64,000 nt of DNA from Octopus vulgaris (GCA_951406725.2 OX597824.1:90892001-90956000), one strand, 5' to 3'; shown: positions 13,009 through 29,271, counted from the stretch's first letter. Notes: generated by a model from the sequence alone, not told the origin. Program-made: numbers and translations.

Positions 13009-13459
13009 GCCACAAAGCAAAGGGACCATGGTGTAACCCACTATGGTGTGGTAAACTTTCAGACCCTAGTTTAGATTGCGAATCCTCTGTATCCCAGGAT
13101 GGTTCAGCTTTCCACCCGTTAGAAGCCACCGTTTACGGAATGAGGATAGCAACGTGGCTTTCGCGCCCGTGCAACCGCCAGTCTATCGTGTGTGGTGGGT
13201 GGATCTTCAAGTTGCCACACGCATTCTTAGTAGCTTAGAGTAGGCTTGAATTAGAGATGATTCTTTGTGGCTAATGGCGTGAGTCCCGATTGGAAGAAGA
13301 AGAAGAAGAAGAAGAAGAAGAAGAAGAAGAAGAAGAAGAAGAAGAAGAAGAAGAAGAAGAAGAAGAAGAAGAAGAAGAAGAAGAAGAAGAAGAAGAAGAA
13401 GAAGAAGAAGAAGAAGAAGAAGAAGAAGAAGAAGAAGAAGAAGAAGAAGAAGAAGAAGA
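13009..13459 (+). mobile_element. Unclassified retroposed segment ending in a long (GAA)n tail
   Basis: GC-balanced 285-bp segment followed by pure (GAA)n at 13293-13459; 9-bp inverted repeat at 13009-13017/13263-13271. Confidence 0.45.
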
Positions 13460-13952
13460 CAGTAGCATGTAGCCATAACAGTAATAACAGCGTCAATGGT
13501 AGCAACCGGAAAACCGACAATTATGAAAGCAGCGGTAACAACCGCAACATTAGCTGCAACACCAGCTATCAGACTGGAAGCAGTACTATACGAACAACAG
13601 CATAAACAACAGCGTCTAAAGCGGAAGCAACAGCAATCAAGAAAATACTCAGCAATCAAAGGTCGCAATGTTAGAGACCACAGCAACAACAATAAAAGAA
13701 AATTCCAGAACAGCATCTATGATAGCAGAACAGTGCCACAAACCTCCCCAAGATATGCCCCTCGACGACTCACACTTGTTCGTGAGACGAAGAAAATGAT
13801 GAGGACTTTAAGGGATAAACAGTAATAAATGGGGAAAAAAGAAAAAGAAGCAAAAAACACTAAGCAAAAAGACTTAGATATATGAACAAATGGAGGGGGT
13901 GCTTTCAAGCTACGATGCACTAAGTGTACTCTCAGCAGCAGCAGCAGCAGTA

Positions 13953-14303
13953 GAGGCGCAATGGCCCAATGGTTAGGGCAGCAGACTCGCGGTTTCGATT
14001 CCCAGACCGGGCGTTGTGTGCGTTTATTGAGCGAAAACACCTAAAGCTCCACGAGGCTCCGGCAGGGGGTGGTGGCGATCCCTGCTGTACACTTTCGCTC
14101 CAGCTTTCTCTCACTCTTTCTTCCTGTTTCTTGTCCCCGACTTCCTACGCAACCGCTGAGCCTGGATGCGCATTCATCCATCCGTCGATGCTCTCGGTGT
14201 CGGGGGTTGACCTGCTTTCTCTCTTCCGCGGGTCTTACGAATAGCAAAGGACCACGTTTCAGACTTCTCCCATCTTGCGAGCTCTGGGACGAAGGCCGTT
14301 CGC
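13953..14303 (+). mobile_element. SINE family C head with an alternative GC-rich body
   Basis: gaggcgcaatggcccaatggttagggcagcagactcgcgg...ctttctctcactctttcttcctg, then a body unlike the other family C copies. Confidence 0.8.
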
Positions 14304-14639
14304 TCAACATCAACAGCAACAGCAGCAGCTATCCAAAATACAAGCATCACCCACAATAACTGCATTGCAGTCACGAATAGCATTCCATCATGTATAAATG
14401 TCATTCAAATATCGCATCACACATGTAGCATTTTTTTAAAAATTGCCTCAATAGAAAAGGAGACTTCAGAGGAGATATAAGCAAAAGAGTGCGTAAAGAA
14501 CTACTCGCAGAAACAGCCACAGCCAGCTGGGGTTGGAACACTTGTCACTTCATATGGATAAGGTAAATGGGCCTTTCTCACCTTTTGTCGAATATTGCCT
14601 TACCCAGAAAAAGCAATGTAAGAACACGTGGCCTATGGT

Positions 14640-15025
14640 CACTTTGAAAGCAGAGCCAACTGGTCAATGATCTTTGGTCGCTAGCTATGGATGTGGTCGC
14701 CATCAGTGAGACCAGCGTTTCCGACTCACATACCCCATGCCCCTCTTCGATATGTGTGAGATCAACTTATCTCAAAGTCGACTGGGACTGGGAGGCGGGG
14801 TTATTGTATTGTTTCAGAAGATTTTGGATCCAGAATGTAAGTTGGTGGTCCTGGGCGGGAACAGTAGTGAAAAGGTCGCCTTCACACTAGTTTCTGTTTA
14901 TTTGCTGACCGGTACCAAGTAGCCGGGGTTTCTTCAGGCGTCTGGAGTTTTTCCAAGGAACTCCTCGCTCTTTAGTACTAGCGGGTGACTGGAACGCCGT
15001 TTTGGATGCACGTTTAGATTGTATG
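14640..15025 (+). pseudogene. L1/Tx1-like LINE apurinic endonuclease relic
   Basis: Frameshifted motifs 'DVVAISET', 'GGGVIVLF', 'FTLVSVY' and 'LVLAGDWNAVLD'. Confidence 0.8.
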
Positions 15026-15489
15026 AAATAGATAGTCTTGATCCCCAGACCGAAGTAACTAAACATAGCCATTTTTTGAAATTATGACGTATTAGAGATA
15101 CCAAGCCTTCATCGCTTGCTTTAGATACCTTTGTAATATGAGCAAACACAGTTATTCTTTTGGCTTTCCGCCCTCTCTCTACACAACGTAACATCGAGGA
15201 TGTAGCAGATGGAGTAATAGAGGGCAGCACAAAGACGAAGCTACTACTCATTTTCGGCCGAGTACACCGAGGTAACATGAAATAAAGTTTATCACTCGAG
15301 GAAATCCTACATATTCCATGTTTGGAAAGAAACCGGATATGCAATGATTTATGTTATTATTGCTGTTGTTGTTGTTGTCACAACTTCTGAGTGGCAGTGA
15401 AGTGGTACAGTTGGGCGTATCCGTTCTGACTCTCTCTGTATTCTGGGTTCAAATTCCACCATGATCACCTGCTCGCGCTAGTAAAATGT

Positions 15490-17550
<2,061 letters not shown>

Positions 17551-17763
17551 GACGCAGTTATGAAATAGAATGGTGGTAATATATGAAAGACGGTGGAGGA
17601 GAGAAAAAAAAAGTACATTGGAAAAAGTATAGGAGAAAAAGGGAGAGAGTGAGGGCGGGGAGAGTAGAATAGGGAGAAATATTGATGTTGATGAGGAGTG
17701 TGATAATAATGGTGGTGGTGGTGGTGGCGATATTGTTCACAACAATGATGATGCGCGATAGAG

Positions 17764-17814
<51 letters not shown>

Positions 17815-17930
17815 AGCAATCAAAGACAAAGAATGAATGAATGAAAGGGAAATGGAAAAAGAAAAAAGTTTTTAAAAAAGTGAAAACTAGAACGAAAGGA
17901 CAAGCAAATACGGTATTTATGTGTGTGTAG

Positions 17931-17967
<37 letters not shown>

Positions 17968-17976
17968 AGTGTATAG

Positions 17977-18007
<31 letters not shown>

Positions 18008-18141
18008 GCAGACACACATGTATATATGCATATGTATGCGTATACTTATATTAATGCATATACATGTGTACATACATACACATGCATATATGTATGTGTA
18101 TATATGTATATATACATACATACACACATACATATATAAGC

Positions 18142-18174
<33 letters not shown>

Positions 18175-18274
18175 TGTATGTATGTATGTCTATAAAATTC
18201 TGCAAAACCATTATGGTCATTTTCCGCCATTTCTTGCTTCTGCAGCTGACAGCATTGGCATTTTTTGCTATACA

Positions 18275-18697
18275 TCACCATCATCATCATCATCATCATC
18301 AACTTCATTTCTTCTTCTTCTTCTTCTTCTTCTTCTTCTTCTTCTTCTTCTTCTTCTTCTTCTTCTTCTTCTTCTTCTTCTTCTTCTTCTTCTTCTCTCT
18401 CCTTTAATGATAATTGCAATAATAAAACTAATATTAACCCTGAAATTTGGTGGGTGGGGACCAGTTGATTGTATCAATCCCAGCTTGTACTCAGCTGGTA
18501 CTTATTTTATCGACCCTGAAAGAATAAAAAGCAATCATCATCATCATCATCATCATCATCGCTGTCGTCATCATTATCATCATCGTCATCATCATCATCA
18601 CCATTACCGTCATCATAATCTTCATCACCCTCATCATCATCATAATCACTATCACCACCACCATCGTCATCACCACCACCACTTCCATCATCATCAC

Positions 18698-18732
<35 letters not shown>

Positions 18733-18736
18733 CCAC

Positions 18737-18771
<35 letters not shown>

Positions 18772-19134
18772 CCACCATCATCATCATCATCACCACCACC
18801 ATCATCATCATCATCATCATCATCACCGTTCTTGTTATCGTCATAACCCACCTCCTCCTCTTCCTATCCTTTATCATCATCACAATTATATTGTTGCAAT
18901 TATTATTATTATTATTATTGTTATTATTATTGTTGTTGTTGCCCTTGCAATGTCCCCACCTCCATCAGCAGATAGCCCTGTGGTAAATAAAAGACATCAT
19001 TATTTATATCGTTATTATCGTTATTGTTGTTGTTGCTGCTGTGAATAACATTGCTACTATGAACATGATTATTGCTATCATTTTTATTGTTATTTTTCTT
19101 TTTTTAATCTCTTACTATCATCACCACCATCATC

Positions 19135-19166
<32 letters not shown>

Positions 19167-19199
19167 CATCATAATCACCATCATCACCACCATCACCAC

Positions 19200-19273
<74 letters not shown>

Positions 19274-19280
19274 CCACCAG

Positions 19281-19338
<58 letters not shown>

Positions 19339-19564
19339 GACATCATCATTATTAACTGTTGTCGTCGTTGTAACCTTTCTTGTTGTCGCTGTTATTATTA
19401 TCATTATTATTATTATCATCATTTTCATCATTATTATTATCATTATTATTATTATCATCATTATCATCATTATTATTATTATTATCATTATTATTATTAT
19501 CATCATTATCATCATTATTATTATTATTATTACTATTATTATTATTATTATTATGATTCTTCTT

Positions 19565-19662
<98 letters not shown>

Positions 19663-19668
19663 CATTAT
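18275..19668. repeat. (CAT)n, (CTT)n, (ATT)n arrays with a SINE A fragment (~18440-18530, minus strand)
   Basis: Direct reading; 'ctggtacttattttatcgaccctgaaag'. Confidence 0.9.
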
Positions 19669-20102
19669 GTTTTTACCACGAACTTTTCCGTCGGCGTTAA
19701 GAGAAGAAGCATGATGCGTTCAGCGTTCAGCGTTCAGATTGGCAGAAAAACGTTGGCCAAAGTAGAATTAGCTTGTTTCGACTCGAGGTCAATCAGGTCA
19801 GTGTGTTGGCTTCTAGGCGAGTGATCTTTTTTGATTGAGGTTGGCTAACTCACGATAAATGGCTGCGAATCACACACAAGCATGTCTTCTGATAAACAGA
19901 CAACGCTTCGTCGCGGTCGCCATATTAAAACAGGTATATGTCGGAAACATGGTGGCTCTGACCTTAGTGCTTGCTTTAAAACTCTCCAGAACTAACTTCA
20001 TTCGTAAAGGAATGTCAGAGCCGAGCAAGCTGTATCTGATGTTATAGTAACAGGGAAAGAATATGTATATACACACAGAAAGATATGCATATACCTACAT
20101 AG

Positions 20103-20134
<32 letters not shown>

Positions 20135-20234
20135 GCATACATATATTTCACAAATATTTTACATATATATATATATATATATGTACTTGTATCTATATAA
20201 GGTTTTTTGTACATATACATGTATGTATGTGTAC

Positions 20235-20299
<65 letters not shown>

Positions 20300-20302
20300 A
20301 TG

Positions 20303-20350
<48 letters not shown>

Positions 20351-20589
20351 ATATATATATATATATGCATATGCATATGTGTATAAATATATATATATAC
20401 ATGTATTTATAAATATATATATATATATATATAATTTTTAAATATATATATTTATAAATATATATAGATATATAAATATATATATATATATTATAAATAT
20501 ATATATTATATAAATATATATATATATATGTATATACATATATCTATCCATCTATCAATCTATCTATCTATCTATCTATCTCTCTTTAT

Positions 20590-20671
<82 letters not shown>

Positions 20672-20929
20672 TCTGTGTATGTTTTTATGTCGACTTATAG
20701 TAGAAACGATATAAAACAATACAATTACTCAATACGTTTTTGTAGAATACGTGTTTATTACTCTTCAAAAGCGGGTGACAGTGACTTCGAAGTTCCCCAC
20801 AAACGCTCGTAGTCCGAAACCAGTAAATAATACATACATACAAACCTATTTATGTATAAAGTTTTAAAAAATCGATTAAATTGTTCATCTTCTTTTCAGT
20901 GTATGAAAACATCTTTTTTCCTCTATAAT

Positions 20930-21132
20930 CAAAGCGTTTCGATCGTAAGACTGCGGCCACGCTGGAGCACCGCCTTGAGTAACTTTTAGTAGAGGGAATC
21001 GAGACCAGTATTCATAATTTTTTTTTTTTTTTTTACCTCTTAAGCTTGCTACTTATTGTATGGGTCTGCTTTTGCCGAGCCGCTAGTTCACAGGTACGTA
21101 ACCATACCATCACCGGTTGTCAAGCGGGAAAC
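20930..21132 (-). mobile_element. SINE family B, 3' half, decayed
   Basis: 'gactgcggccacgctggagcaccgcctt...ttttgccgagccgctag...accggttgtcaagcg'. Confidence 0.75.
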
Positions 21133-21219
21133 ACACGCGCACACGCGAACGCACTCACACATATAACTAAAATTAATTGTTGTCGTGAATTACATTACAA
21201 CTATGAACATGGATATTAT

Positions 21220-21408
21220 TCAGAATCGTTAGAACGCTGGGCAAAGTGCTTTCGCCGAATTTCGCCTTTCTTTATATTCTGCCTAGGTTGACTTTGCCTG
21301 TCATCCTTCCAGGGTCGATAAATTAAGTACCAGGGTAACACAGGGGTCGATGTAATCTATACATCCCCCATACCCAAATTTCAGGTTTTGTGCCTATAAT
21401 AGAAAGGT
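21220..21408 (+). mobile_element. SINE family A, decayed
   Basis: 'cagaatcgttag...gactttgcctgtcatccttccagggtcgataaattaagtaccag'. Confidence 0.8.
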
Positions 21409-21725
21409 TTATTATTATCATTATTATGATGCTGATGATGATGATGATGACGATCATCATCATCCTCATCTTCACACACACACAGGTGTGTACATGTGTT
21501 TGTCTGTAGGGAATGAATTAGTATATATGTGTAAATGTATATACATATATATATATATATATATAAATAGGTGAATGAATTAACCTATGTTTATCGTCAG
21601 CATGGAAAATTCGTTTAACCGAAACCTGGGTAGCAAATTCACGTCAGAAACACGGTTGAAGCGACCTGTCCAAGGGTAGAAACTCCGGGTTCATGTGCAG
21701 AAATTTGTGTGTTGTATATGAATAA

Positions 21726-21793
<68 letters not shown>

Positions 21794-21999
21794 GTATATG
21801 TATATGTGTGTGTGTGTATGCAAGTATAAGTTCTTGCATACGTAAGCGGGCTTGTATATTTGAATGCACACCTCCTACTCCATCAACCCAGTCTCGATTC
21901 TACGATATAAACCTATAAGTAAATAAGAAAAACATGTTACTATTTCTTCTCAAAATCCAGTCTACTTCGGGAAAATATTACATCTACTTGCGACACGAG

Positions 22000-22125
22000 G
22001 ACAGCAATTTCGAAAGGCGGGATAAGTCGGCTACATCGATCCCATTGCTTAACTGGTACTTATTTTATCGACCCCGAATGAATGAAAGACAAAGTCGAAC
22101 TCTGCGGTATTTGAATTCAAAATAT
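22000..22125 (-). mobile_element. SINE family A fragment
   Basis: 'actggtacttattttatcgaccccgaatgaatgaaagacaaagtcga'. Confidence 0.75.
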
Positions 22126-22444
22126 AAAATACCGGAGCTTTCGGGAACACATTGCTAAGTCAAACAGTCAAAGATGGCTGCACGTCTTGTGTCGTCTGGT
22201 TCTTCATCTTGTGTCGTCTGCTTCTTCATCTACGCGTTTGCTTGTCTGTTATAGTATATCTATTGGCATATGAGTGTCCACATATGAGCTGTAGCGGAAT
22301 TTACGGTTCCTTTAGGGGTTTCTTTGGAATTTGATGCCATTTTTAAACTTTAATTCGGGATTTTGGTGCCAATTTGAAAGGAATTTTGCATTAGTTTTGC
22401 TTTTTTTAATTTTTTCAGACTTCCAGTTTTCTTTTTCTTTGTAA

Positions 22445-22877
22445 CTTTCTTCCTTCCTACTTCCTTTTCTTTCATTCTTTCATCCTTCCTTCCTTCCTTC
22501 CTTTCATTTCTTCCTTCCTTTCTTCTTTTCATCCTTTCTTTTCTTTCTTTCTTTCTTTCTTTCTTTCTTTTCTTTCTTTCTTTTTCTTCTTTTTTTCTTT
22601 CTTTTTCTTTATTTGTTCCATCCTTCTTTCCTCTTTTCCTTCCATCCTTCCTTCCTTCCTTCCTTCCTTCTTTCCTTCCATCCATCCATCCTTCCTTCCT
22701 TCCATCCGTCCTTCGATCCTTTCTTTCCTTCATTTCTTCCTTCCTTTCCTCCTTCCTTCCATCCTTTCTTCTGTCCTTTTTCCTTCCTTCTTTCTTTCTT
22801 TCCTTCTATCCATCCATCCATCCATCCTTCCTTCCTTCCTTTCTTCCTTCCTTCCTTCCTTTCTTTCTTTCTTTCTG

Positions 22878-22919
<42 letters not shown>

Positions 22920-23305
22920 TTCATTCCGTCCCCTACCTGTTTTTTCTTCTACTTTTTCTTTTACATCGTTCTTTTTATCTTTTCTTTGCTTCGCCTTTTT
23001 AATCATCATCGTCATCATCATCATCATCGCCATGATCGCAGTTGTCATCTTGTCACCGTATGCCGTTGTGACCCCGCTTGACCTCACCACTTCCCAGATA
23101 AGCATAACAACATCGCCATCAACTTGCTTTGCTTCTAAACACCACAGTTTAGCAGCTTAATGGCTTATGTCCCCTTTCATTGCTTCGTAAACACCTCCGC
23201 TAGAGGTCGCCACACAAGATGACAACCAATTATGCCGACCTCGTAATGTTAAAAGCTGAATGTATAAATTGGCGCGGGCTATTTTGCAGTATTTTCTTTT
23301 TTAAT

Positions 23306-23371
<66 letters not shown>

Positions 23372-23413
23372 CTGTGTGCGTTTGTGTGTGTGTATGTGTG
23401 TGTGTGTATGTGT

Positions 23414-23490
<77 letters not shown>

Positions 23491-23509
23491 TGTGTGTGTG
23501 TATGTGTGT

Positions 23510-23572
<63 letters not shown>

Positions 23573-23890
23573 TATATGTCTGCAAGCATGCAACTATGTA
23601 TGCTAACAATGTTAAGAATTCAATATGTCCAGACACAGAATAACCTATTACTGTGTATTCGTGAAAAACGAAATGGGTTAACGTACGCGCTCACACACAC
23701 ACACACACACACACATTCACACACAAATAAGCACACAGATATGTACACACACATACACATGTACGTATGTACGTATGCGTATGTATAAGTTTGCTTGTTT
23801 GTATATCATATTTGAATAGGTGTGTATGTGTGTGTGTTTGTTTACACATACACGTGTGTGTGTATATATATATTCATATATATATATATT

Positions 23891-23961
<71 letters not shown>

Positions 23962-23962
23962 T

Positions 23963-24001
<39 letters not shown>

Positions 24002-24045
24002 TCACATATATATATATTCATATATATATACATGTATACACACAC

Positions 24046-24106
<61 letters not shown>

Positions 24107-24350
24107 TTTGCTTCTATGCTTATAATATTTACATATATGTATGTGTGTGTATGTGTGCACTTGTGCATATACATACAGAAGTATGTATAATGTATGTATA
24201 TATACATACATATATATATATATATATATGTATACATATATACACACTCGTGTGTGTATAATACACACAGATACACTCACACATATGTATATACAAAGAG
24301 AGGTTGAATGATAGACAGACAGACTGACAGACAGTCAGACAGACAGTCAG

Positions 24351-24381
<31 letters not shown>

Positions 24382-24415
24382 GACAGACAGTCAGACAGAC
24401 AGATAGATAGATAGG

Positions 24416-24454
<39 letters not shown>

Positions 24455-24500
24455 GTAGACAGGTAGACAGACAGGTAGACAAACAGGTAGACAAAAAAGC
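22445..24500. repeat. (CTTT/CCTT)n, (TG)n, (TA)n and (GACA)n tracts
   Basis: Direct reading. Confidence 0.9.
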
Positions 24501-24855
24501 AGTCATGCAGACAGATAGATTATATTCATAACCGCCAGCATGAATCCGTAAACCGAACGGTTTCGTGTTGAAAAACCTTCCGATTGAAGAAAGCTGAGTT
24601 GACAATCATCAAACATGGCTGAAGGGGAGAGTATGGCCCTTGGATGTTTATCATAGGAAATATCTGAAAGCATCACGCGGGTCTCAGGGATTAGACCCAT
24701 GTGGAAAGGACCAAGAATGTAAAACACATGTTGTCTTATAAGCGCATTAGAATTATATCTCTTAAATTGGTCTCTGTTTCGATCTAAGTGTGCATATGTG
24801 TGCAGTTAGTTAGTTATATCTGAGTTGCATTTCTTTATGCATATACATCAACATA

Positions 24856-25026
24856 GGCGCAGGAGTGGCTGTGTGGTAAGTAGCTTGCTAACCAACCACA
24901 TTTTTCCGGGTTCAGTCCCACTGCGTGGCATCTTGGGCAAGTGTCTTCTGCTATAGCCCCGGGCCGACCAATGCCTTGTGAGTGGATTTGGTAGACGGAA
25001 ACTGAAAGAAGCCTGTCGTATATATG

Positions 25027-25093
<67 letters not shown>

Positions 25094-25282
25094 GTGTGTT
25101 TGTGTGTCTGTGATTGTCCCCCTAGCATTGCTTGACAACCGATGCTGGTGTGTTTACGTCCCCGTCACTTAGCGGTTCGGTAAAAGAGACCGATAGAATA
25201 AGTACTGGGCTTACAAAGATTTGCGCGACTAAAGGCGGTGCTCCAGCATGGCCGCGGACAAATGACTGAAACAAGTAAAAGA
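24856..25282 (+). mobile_element. Near full-length SINE family B (tRNA head, CORE-like domain, internal (TA)n)
   Basis: A box 'tggctgtgtgg', B box 'gggttcagtccc', CORE-like 'cttgggcaagtgtctt', tail 'atgactgaaacaagtaaaaga'. Confidence 0.92.
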
Positions 25283-25312
25283 TATGTATATGTGCAGCTG
25301 CATAAAATTATT

Positions 25313-25343
<31 letters not shown>

Positions 25344-25346
25344 TTC

Positions 25347-25596
25347 TGTGCATACAATGTTTGCTAACATATATAGACATCTATTGTACATGTATGTGTG
25401 TGTGTATGTGTGCGTGTGTGTGTGTGCATCTGTATATATGCTTATATGCATATGTGCACACACACACAAGCGCACATACGCATACATATATATATATATG
25501 TGTGCATACAATGTTTGCTAACATATATAGACATCTATTGTACATGTATGTGTGTGTGTATGTGTGCGTGTGTGTGTGTGCATCTGTATATATGCT
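25347..25596. repeat. Local tandem duplication, period 154 bp
   Basis: A ~95-bp block 'tgtgcatacaatgtttgctaacatatatagacatctattgtaca...' starts at both 25347 and 25501. Confidence 0.9.
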
Positions 25597-25649
25597 GGGG
25601 CTATATGCAACAGTAACACCCCCACACACAAGCCATATTCATGGCTTTA

Positions 25650-25720
<71 letters not shown>

Positions 25721-25743
25721 TTCTATTCTTTTATTTATTTCAA

Positions 25744-25788
<45 letters not shown>

Positions 25789-25956
25789 TCTGTATATATG
25801 TTTATATGTATATGTGCACGCACACACACATACACATACATTTATGTATATATATGTGTGTGTGTGTGTGTACATGTGTTTGTGTGTGTGTATGTGTGTA
25901 TGCATAAAAACATATACTAATATCAGTATCTATATGTATCTATCTATCTTTCTCTT

Positions 25957-25988
<32 letters not shown>

Positions 25989-26280
25989 TATATATATATA
26001 TATATTTATAAATATATATATATATTCATGTATATATATATATGTAAGTGCATGTGCGTATGTGTGTGTGTATGTGCACCTATGCTTATAAACATATATA
26101 TAGATATATATACACACGCAAGTATGTGTGCATATATATCGTTACGCATCTGAGCATGCGCGTCAGTGTAAAACCACGTTTGTATTTGCAGGCATCTCTC
26201 AATATCTGCATGAATCTATGTATGTATATAGACATGTGTATACCTATTTTTGCATAACAGAACTTTCTTGCCCATGTGAG

Positions 26281-26395
<115 letters not shown>

Positions 26396-26425
26396 GTATG
26401 TGTATATATTATATATATAATATTC

Positions 26426-26456
<31 letters not shown>

Positions 26457-27010
26457 TATATATATATGAATATCTATGTATGTCTATCTATGTGTGTGTG
26501 TGTAGTTGTGTGTGTGAATATTTATATATGTGTACGTTTGTATATGCTTGTGTGCTCTATAACACATTCACCATTTGAATACGATCACACATACACACAC
26601 GCACGCAGACGCGCGCACACACACACACACGTAAGCCGGGGAGTGACCTCTTCCTGACCTCAACATTCTTGACCCTGGTCCCCATTTAGAAACCTTTCGT
26701 CTGCGTGCACAAACAACAAATAACAATAAAGCATAACACATACCCATTTTATGATCTTCTTCAGCAGAACTTCTACAAAATCACTCTATTTACAAATCAC
26801 AAAGTTTTCGCATCGTTCCACGGTCCTTAAGGAGAATTCTTCACAAAAGTTTTCCATATGAATTTCGCTGAAGTATATTTCTGTGATTTTTCAAAATAAT
26901 TTTTTGTAAAATTTTATGTTCTTATACATTTTTATACGTTCTTCCGAGAACAGTCAATGATTTCGGCAAAGTTGTTTTCTACCTCACCTGTACCAGACAG
27001 TTGATGTGTG

Positions 27011-27080
<70 letters not shown>

Positions 27081-27245
27081 GGTGTGTCTGTGAATAAATA
27101 GGTAAGTATGCTGTTAGAAGTCCAAACTCGTTAATTAAAGTAAATGTTTATGGAAAAAGTAAAATTTAATGTTCGGGACAAATGTACATACACTATTCTG
27201 TGAGGTTTATAATCGCAAGAAACACTTAATTTTCATTTGAATAAG

Positions 27246-27298
<53 letters not shown>

Positions 27299-27317
27299 GT
27301 ATATATATATATATATA

Positions 27318-27854
27318 TCTTATATAAAATCCGTTCTGTTTGTCTGTGTATTCTAGGATCTTGGGCATCCTCCATCCGATTGCGCTCAAATTTGATATGT
27401 AGATACCGACGGTATCAGGACGTGTATAAGTCTTGAAAAAAATTACAAAAAATCGATTCCAGGTGAGAATGCGATCGATAAAGCCGTTCTTGTCCCGCTT
27501 TTCTTCCGTCAACCTGTACATAACTGCACCTTCCATTTTTTGTAGTTTTTGTACTGCTTAAAGGCATGTTTCTTTCCTGCCAAGCTTACTGGTTAGACCA
27601 TGTTTGTGTTCTCCCAGTCAACAGCCTTATCATTACTGGTACTTTAAACTCTTCAGTTGCATATTTGTGTGAATAAAATCGTTTTTCTTTGGAATAGAAA
27701 AAAAGTCTATCTTTATTTCTTCCTTTACTGGTGTCTCAAATTTAGGTTAAATCAGTGCTTCTCAAGGGGGACAGTCGGACAAGTTGTTTTGAGAAAATTT
27801 GCTTTAAATGTTTGACAACTCAGCACCGTCCATTGGACGGGGGCGTTTTGCTTG
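27318..27854 (+). mobile_element. Non-autonomous Helitron, apparently complete
   Basis: 5' TC after A ('a|tcttatataaaa'), 3' subterminal hairpin ccgtcc(att)ggacgg at 27826-27840, terminus CTTG followed by T, no TSD, sits in (TA)n. Confidence 0.8.
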
Positions 27855-27884
27855 TATATATATATATATATATACATAATGAAT

Positions 27885-28662
27885 TTGAGCGCTTCCTTTG
27901 ATGATGAACTCGTCAACAGTCTTACAAAGGCAACCAACACATTTGACAAACTCCGTCATCGCCTATGGAATGAAAGGGGCCTCGAACTTGACACCACAGT
28001 ACAGGTCTATAAAGCAGCCATTCTTACTATTCTCTTGTATGGCTCAGAATTATGAATATCCTACAGACAACACATTAACCAATTATACACCTTCCACAAA
28101 GACTGTCTAAGGACAATCTGTGGTTACTCACTAAAAGACAAAGTTTGTAATGCCGACTTGTTTAGCAAGTGTAAGATTGGTGGAATCGAGAGCTTTCTTA
28201 TACAATCATAATTGCGCTGGGCTGGCCATGTCGTCGTCAGAATGAGTGATGGAAAAATACCCAAAGACCTCATGTACAGCCAGCTTGAGAGTGAACACAG
28301 AAATGTTGGTCGACCATTGCTCAAGATATAAGGACAAGCTGAAGAGTAACCTCTTAGAAATGAAGATAGCTCACAACACCTTTGAGTGAACAATCTTAGA
28401 TCGAACAAAATGGAGATCGTTGTGTCAAAATGGTATTAAAAACTTTGTTGCAACCAGCATTAACAGGCTTCAGGGTGCAAGGCAAAAGAGAAAAGCGGCC
28501 GCAAACGTACCACCTGCACTGTCCTGTAATCCTCATACTTGCAATATCTGTGGCCTTCTTTGCAAATCTTTGGCGAGACTTAAATGTCACATTCGACATA
28601 AGTATTATGACTGACAAGAGTAGGTTGTCGGAGCCTTATACGTCGAAACCGACGGGAGAGGT
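27885..28662 (+). mobile_element. RTE-clade LINE, 5'-truncated 3' end (RT C-terminus plus C2H2-like knuckle), pseudogenised
   Basis: 'VYKAAILTILLYGSE', 'LRWAGHVV.RMSDGKIPKDLMYSQL', 'GRP' and 'CNICGLLCKSLARLKCHIRHK', with internal stops. Confidence 0.92.
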
Positions 28663-28679
28663 TATCATATATGTATGTA

Positions 28680-28846
28680 TATATTAGAATATTTGGAGAT
28701 GATGTACAGGTATTTTATATTAGAAGAAATGAGGTACTCAGAAATTCGGATGGTTTTATATTTTTACAGATATTTATTTGCATGTTTCATGTTTTTATAC
28801 ATCATATATTAGCGCTTTCGTCCATTCTAGTGGAGTCTTCAAATTG
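28680..28846 (-). mobile_element. PLE pseudo-LTR-like module with degenerate hammerhead (~28805-28845)
   Basis: Minus strand: aat-TTGAAGA-ctcca(ctagaa)tggac-GAAA-gcgc-TA. The downstream 'cctcatttcttctaatata' resembles 'cctcatctcttaaatata' at ~33083-33101. Confidence 0.55.
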
Positions 28847-28851
28847 ACTTG

Positions 28852-29268
<417 letters not shown>

Positions 29269-29271
29269 CAT

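Noticed and set aside
13953-14015. tRNA genes (also at 12831, 24856, 58720-58791)
   Set aside because: The A/B boxes run into SINE bodies, and I could not fold a clean cloverleaf.
20755-20830. Hammerhead-like GAAA-ccag-TA
   Set aside because: No CUGAnGA core or convincing stem II upstream.
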